Part shown: positions 62,757 to 64,000 of the stretch, piece by piece
How positions within the stretch are numbered: the stretch's first letter is position 1
Layout of the letters: every line of letters begins with the position of its first letter
Assembly (NCBI RefSeq): GCF_036321535.1
Contig: NC_087436.1
Location: forward strand, 38,938,001 to 39,002,000
Origin: Camelus dromedarius
Lineage: Eukaryota
Direction of reading: 5' to 3'
Length of the DNA: 64,000 nt
Made by a program: the position numbers and the translations under genes
Notes under the pieces: model-generated
Told to the model about the DNA's origin: nothing
Databases searched by the model: none
The model's input: the letters and a program-made list of their open reading frames with translations, nothing else

Positions 62757-63550
62757 GAAGATCACTATTTAAATGTGGACTTTGTGGATTCTTTTGTAAA
62801 TCAAAGAGTTACTCCTTAATTTATTAATTTTTAGATGAATGGTCACTAAGAAACCTATAAATTGAGTGGGTGTGGGACAAGATACTGGAGATATTTTACT
62901 CTAAAATGAAAATTAAGTGATCAAAGAATGAATTATGAAACCATTAAAAATATATGTAAATCCCCATGGAAATTATAAAAAATAGTTAACAGTGAAAAAT
63001 AAATGTCTATTGTGTAAACTATAATCATCATAGCAGATATTATTTGGCAGTATTTTTAGTAGCATAAGTTTTGGTTTGTGTATGTGTGGAGCCTTGGGCC
63101 GTAAATCCCTAAATTACCTTTAATCTGGTTTAAAGCCTACACAATATAAATTGGAACGTGGAATTAGATAGTAATTCTCATAGTCCTACATGCGAATAAT
63201 TTCTGAGATTCTTGAACAACATTGTCATTTGAAAGAACACATAACTAATATCAATCTTTGGATTAGAAATTATTATCAAAATAACATTTTAAAATGTGGG
63301 GGTAATCTTGATATTATAATGGTGATAGTTTCTGAATCATAGCCTTCATTTTTATACTAAAAAGGACCAAGGCTTGACATTAGTATTGTAAAAATGAGTC
63401 TTTGCCTATGCTAAGGAGATACCATATATTACTATTTAAAGTCTTTTCTTAAAAGAAAAAAAATTTTCTACCAGAGAATTCAGTTCTCTGTACTATGATA
63501 AAAAACCTTGGTATTACATGCCAACAGTGTCACTCAGGATAATTGAATTA

Positions 63551-63799
<249 letters not shown>

Positions 63800-64000
63800 C
63801 TAACATTTTACTATGTCTAATTTTTCATGCAGGGGTAATTTATGAAGAAGGCATTCTTTTTATGATCTCTCAGAAAAGAGTAGTCTGAAAGTGTTAGACA
63901 TTTTAAAAACCCCTTTAAACTTATGAAATTTCTGAAAGAATTTTACCAAATCATACAATTAGTTTCTTCCTTGACTATCTTAGTATATATTTGTTCACTG

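Overview
Mammalian genomic DNA, AT-rich and repeat-rich. It is most likely camelid: two tRNA-derived SINEs match my recollection of the camelid vic-1 family. Two tandem genes lie on the minus strand. (1) USP53: a CpG-island promoter at about 40.4-41.3 kb, putative 5'-UTR exons, and 13 consecutive coding exons from the ATG at 24799 down to 2995. These total 2242 nt (747 codons + 1 nt), are all GT-AG and phase-consistent, and the gene continues past position 1. (2) MYOZ2 (myozenin-2/calsarcin-1): its last two coding exons (63735-63552 and 58449-58206) plus 3'-UTR. The rest is intron or intergenic DNA filled with L1, L2, MIR, CR1, MaLR/ERV LTRs, hAT-type MER elements and microsatellites. I see no prokaryotic-type system, CRISPR array or novel multi-gene system. 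The most interesting observations are hypotheses: a sense-oriented SINE giving poly(A) signals just after the exon that completes the USP53 catalytic domain, a uORF-dense USP53 leader, a candidate poison exon, a 9-bp in-frame tandem duplication next to the MYOZ2 PDZ-binding tail, and an L1 whose 5'-UTR is joined directly to its 3' tail. Gene and repeat names come from recognition by eye, not database searches, and repeat boundaries are approximate unless target-site duplications (TSDs) are given.
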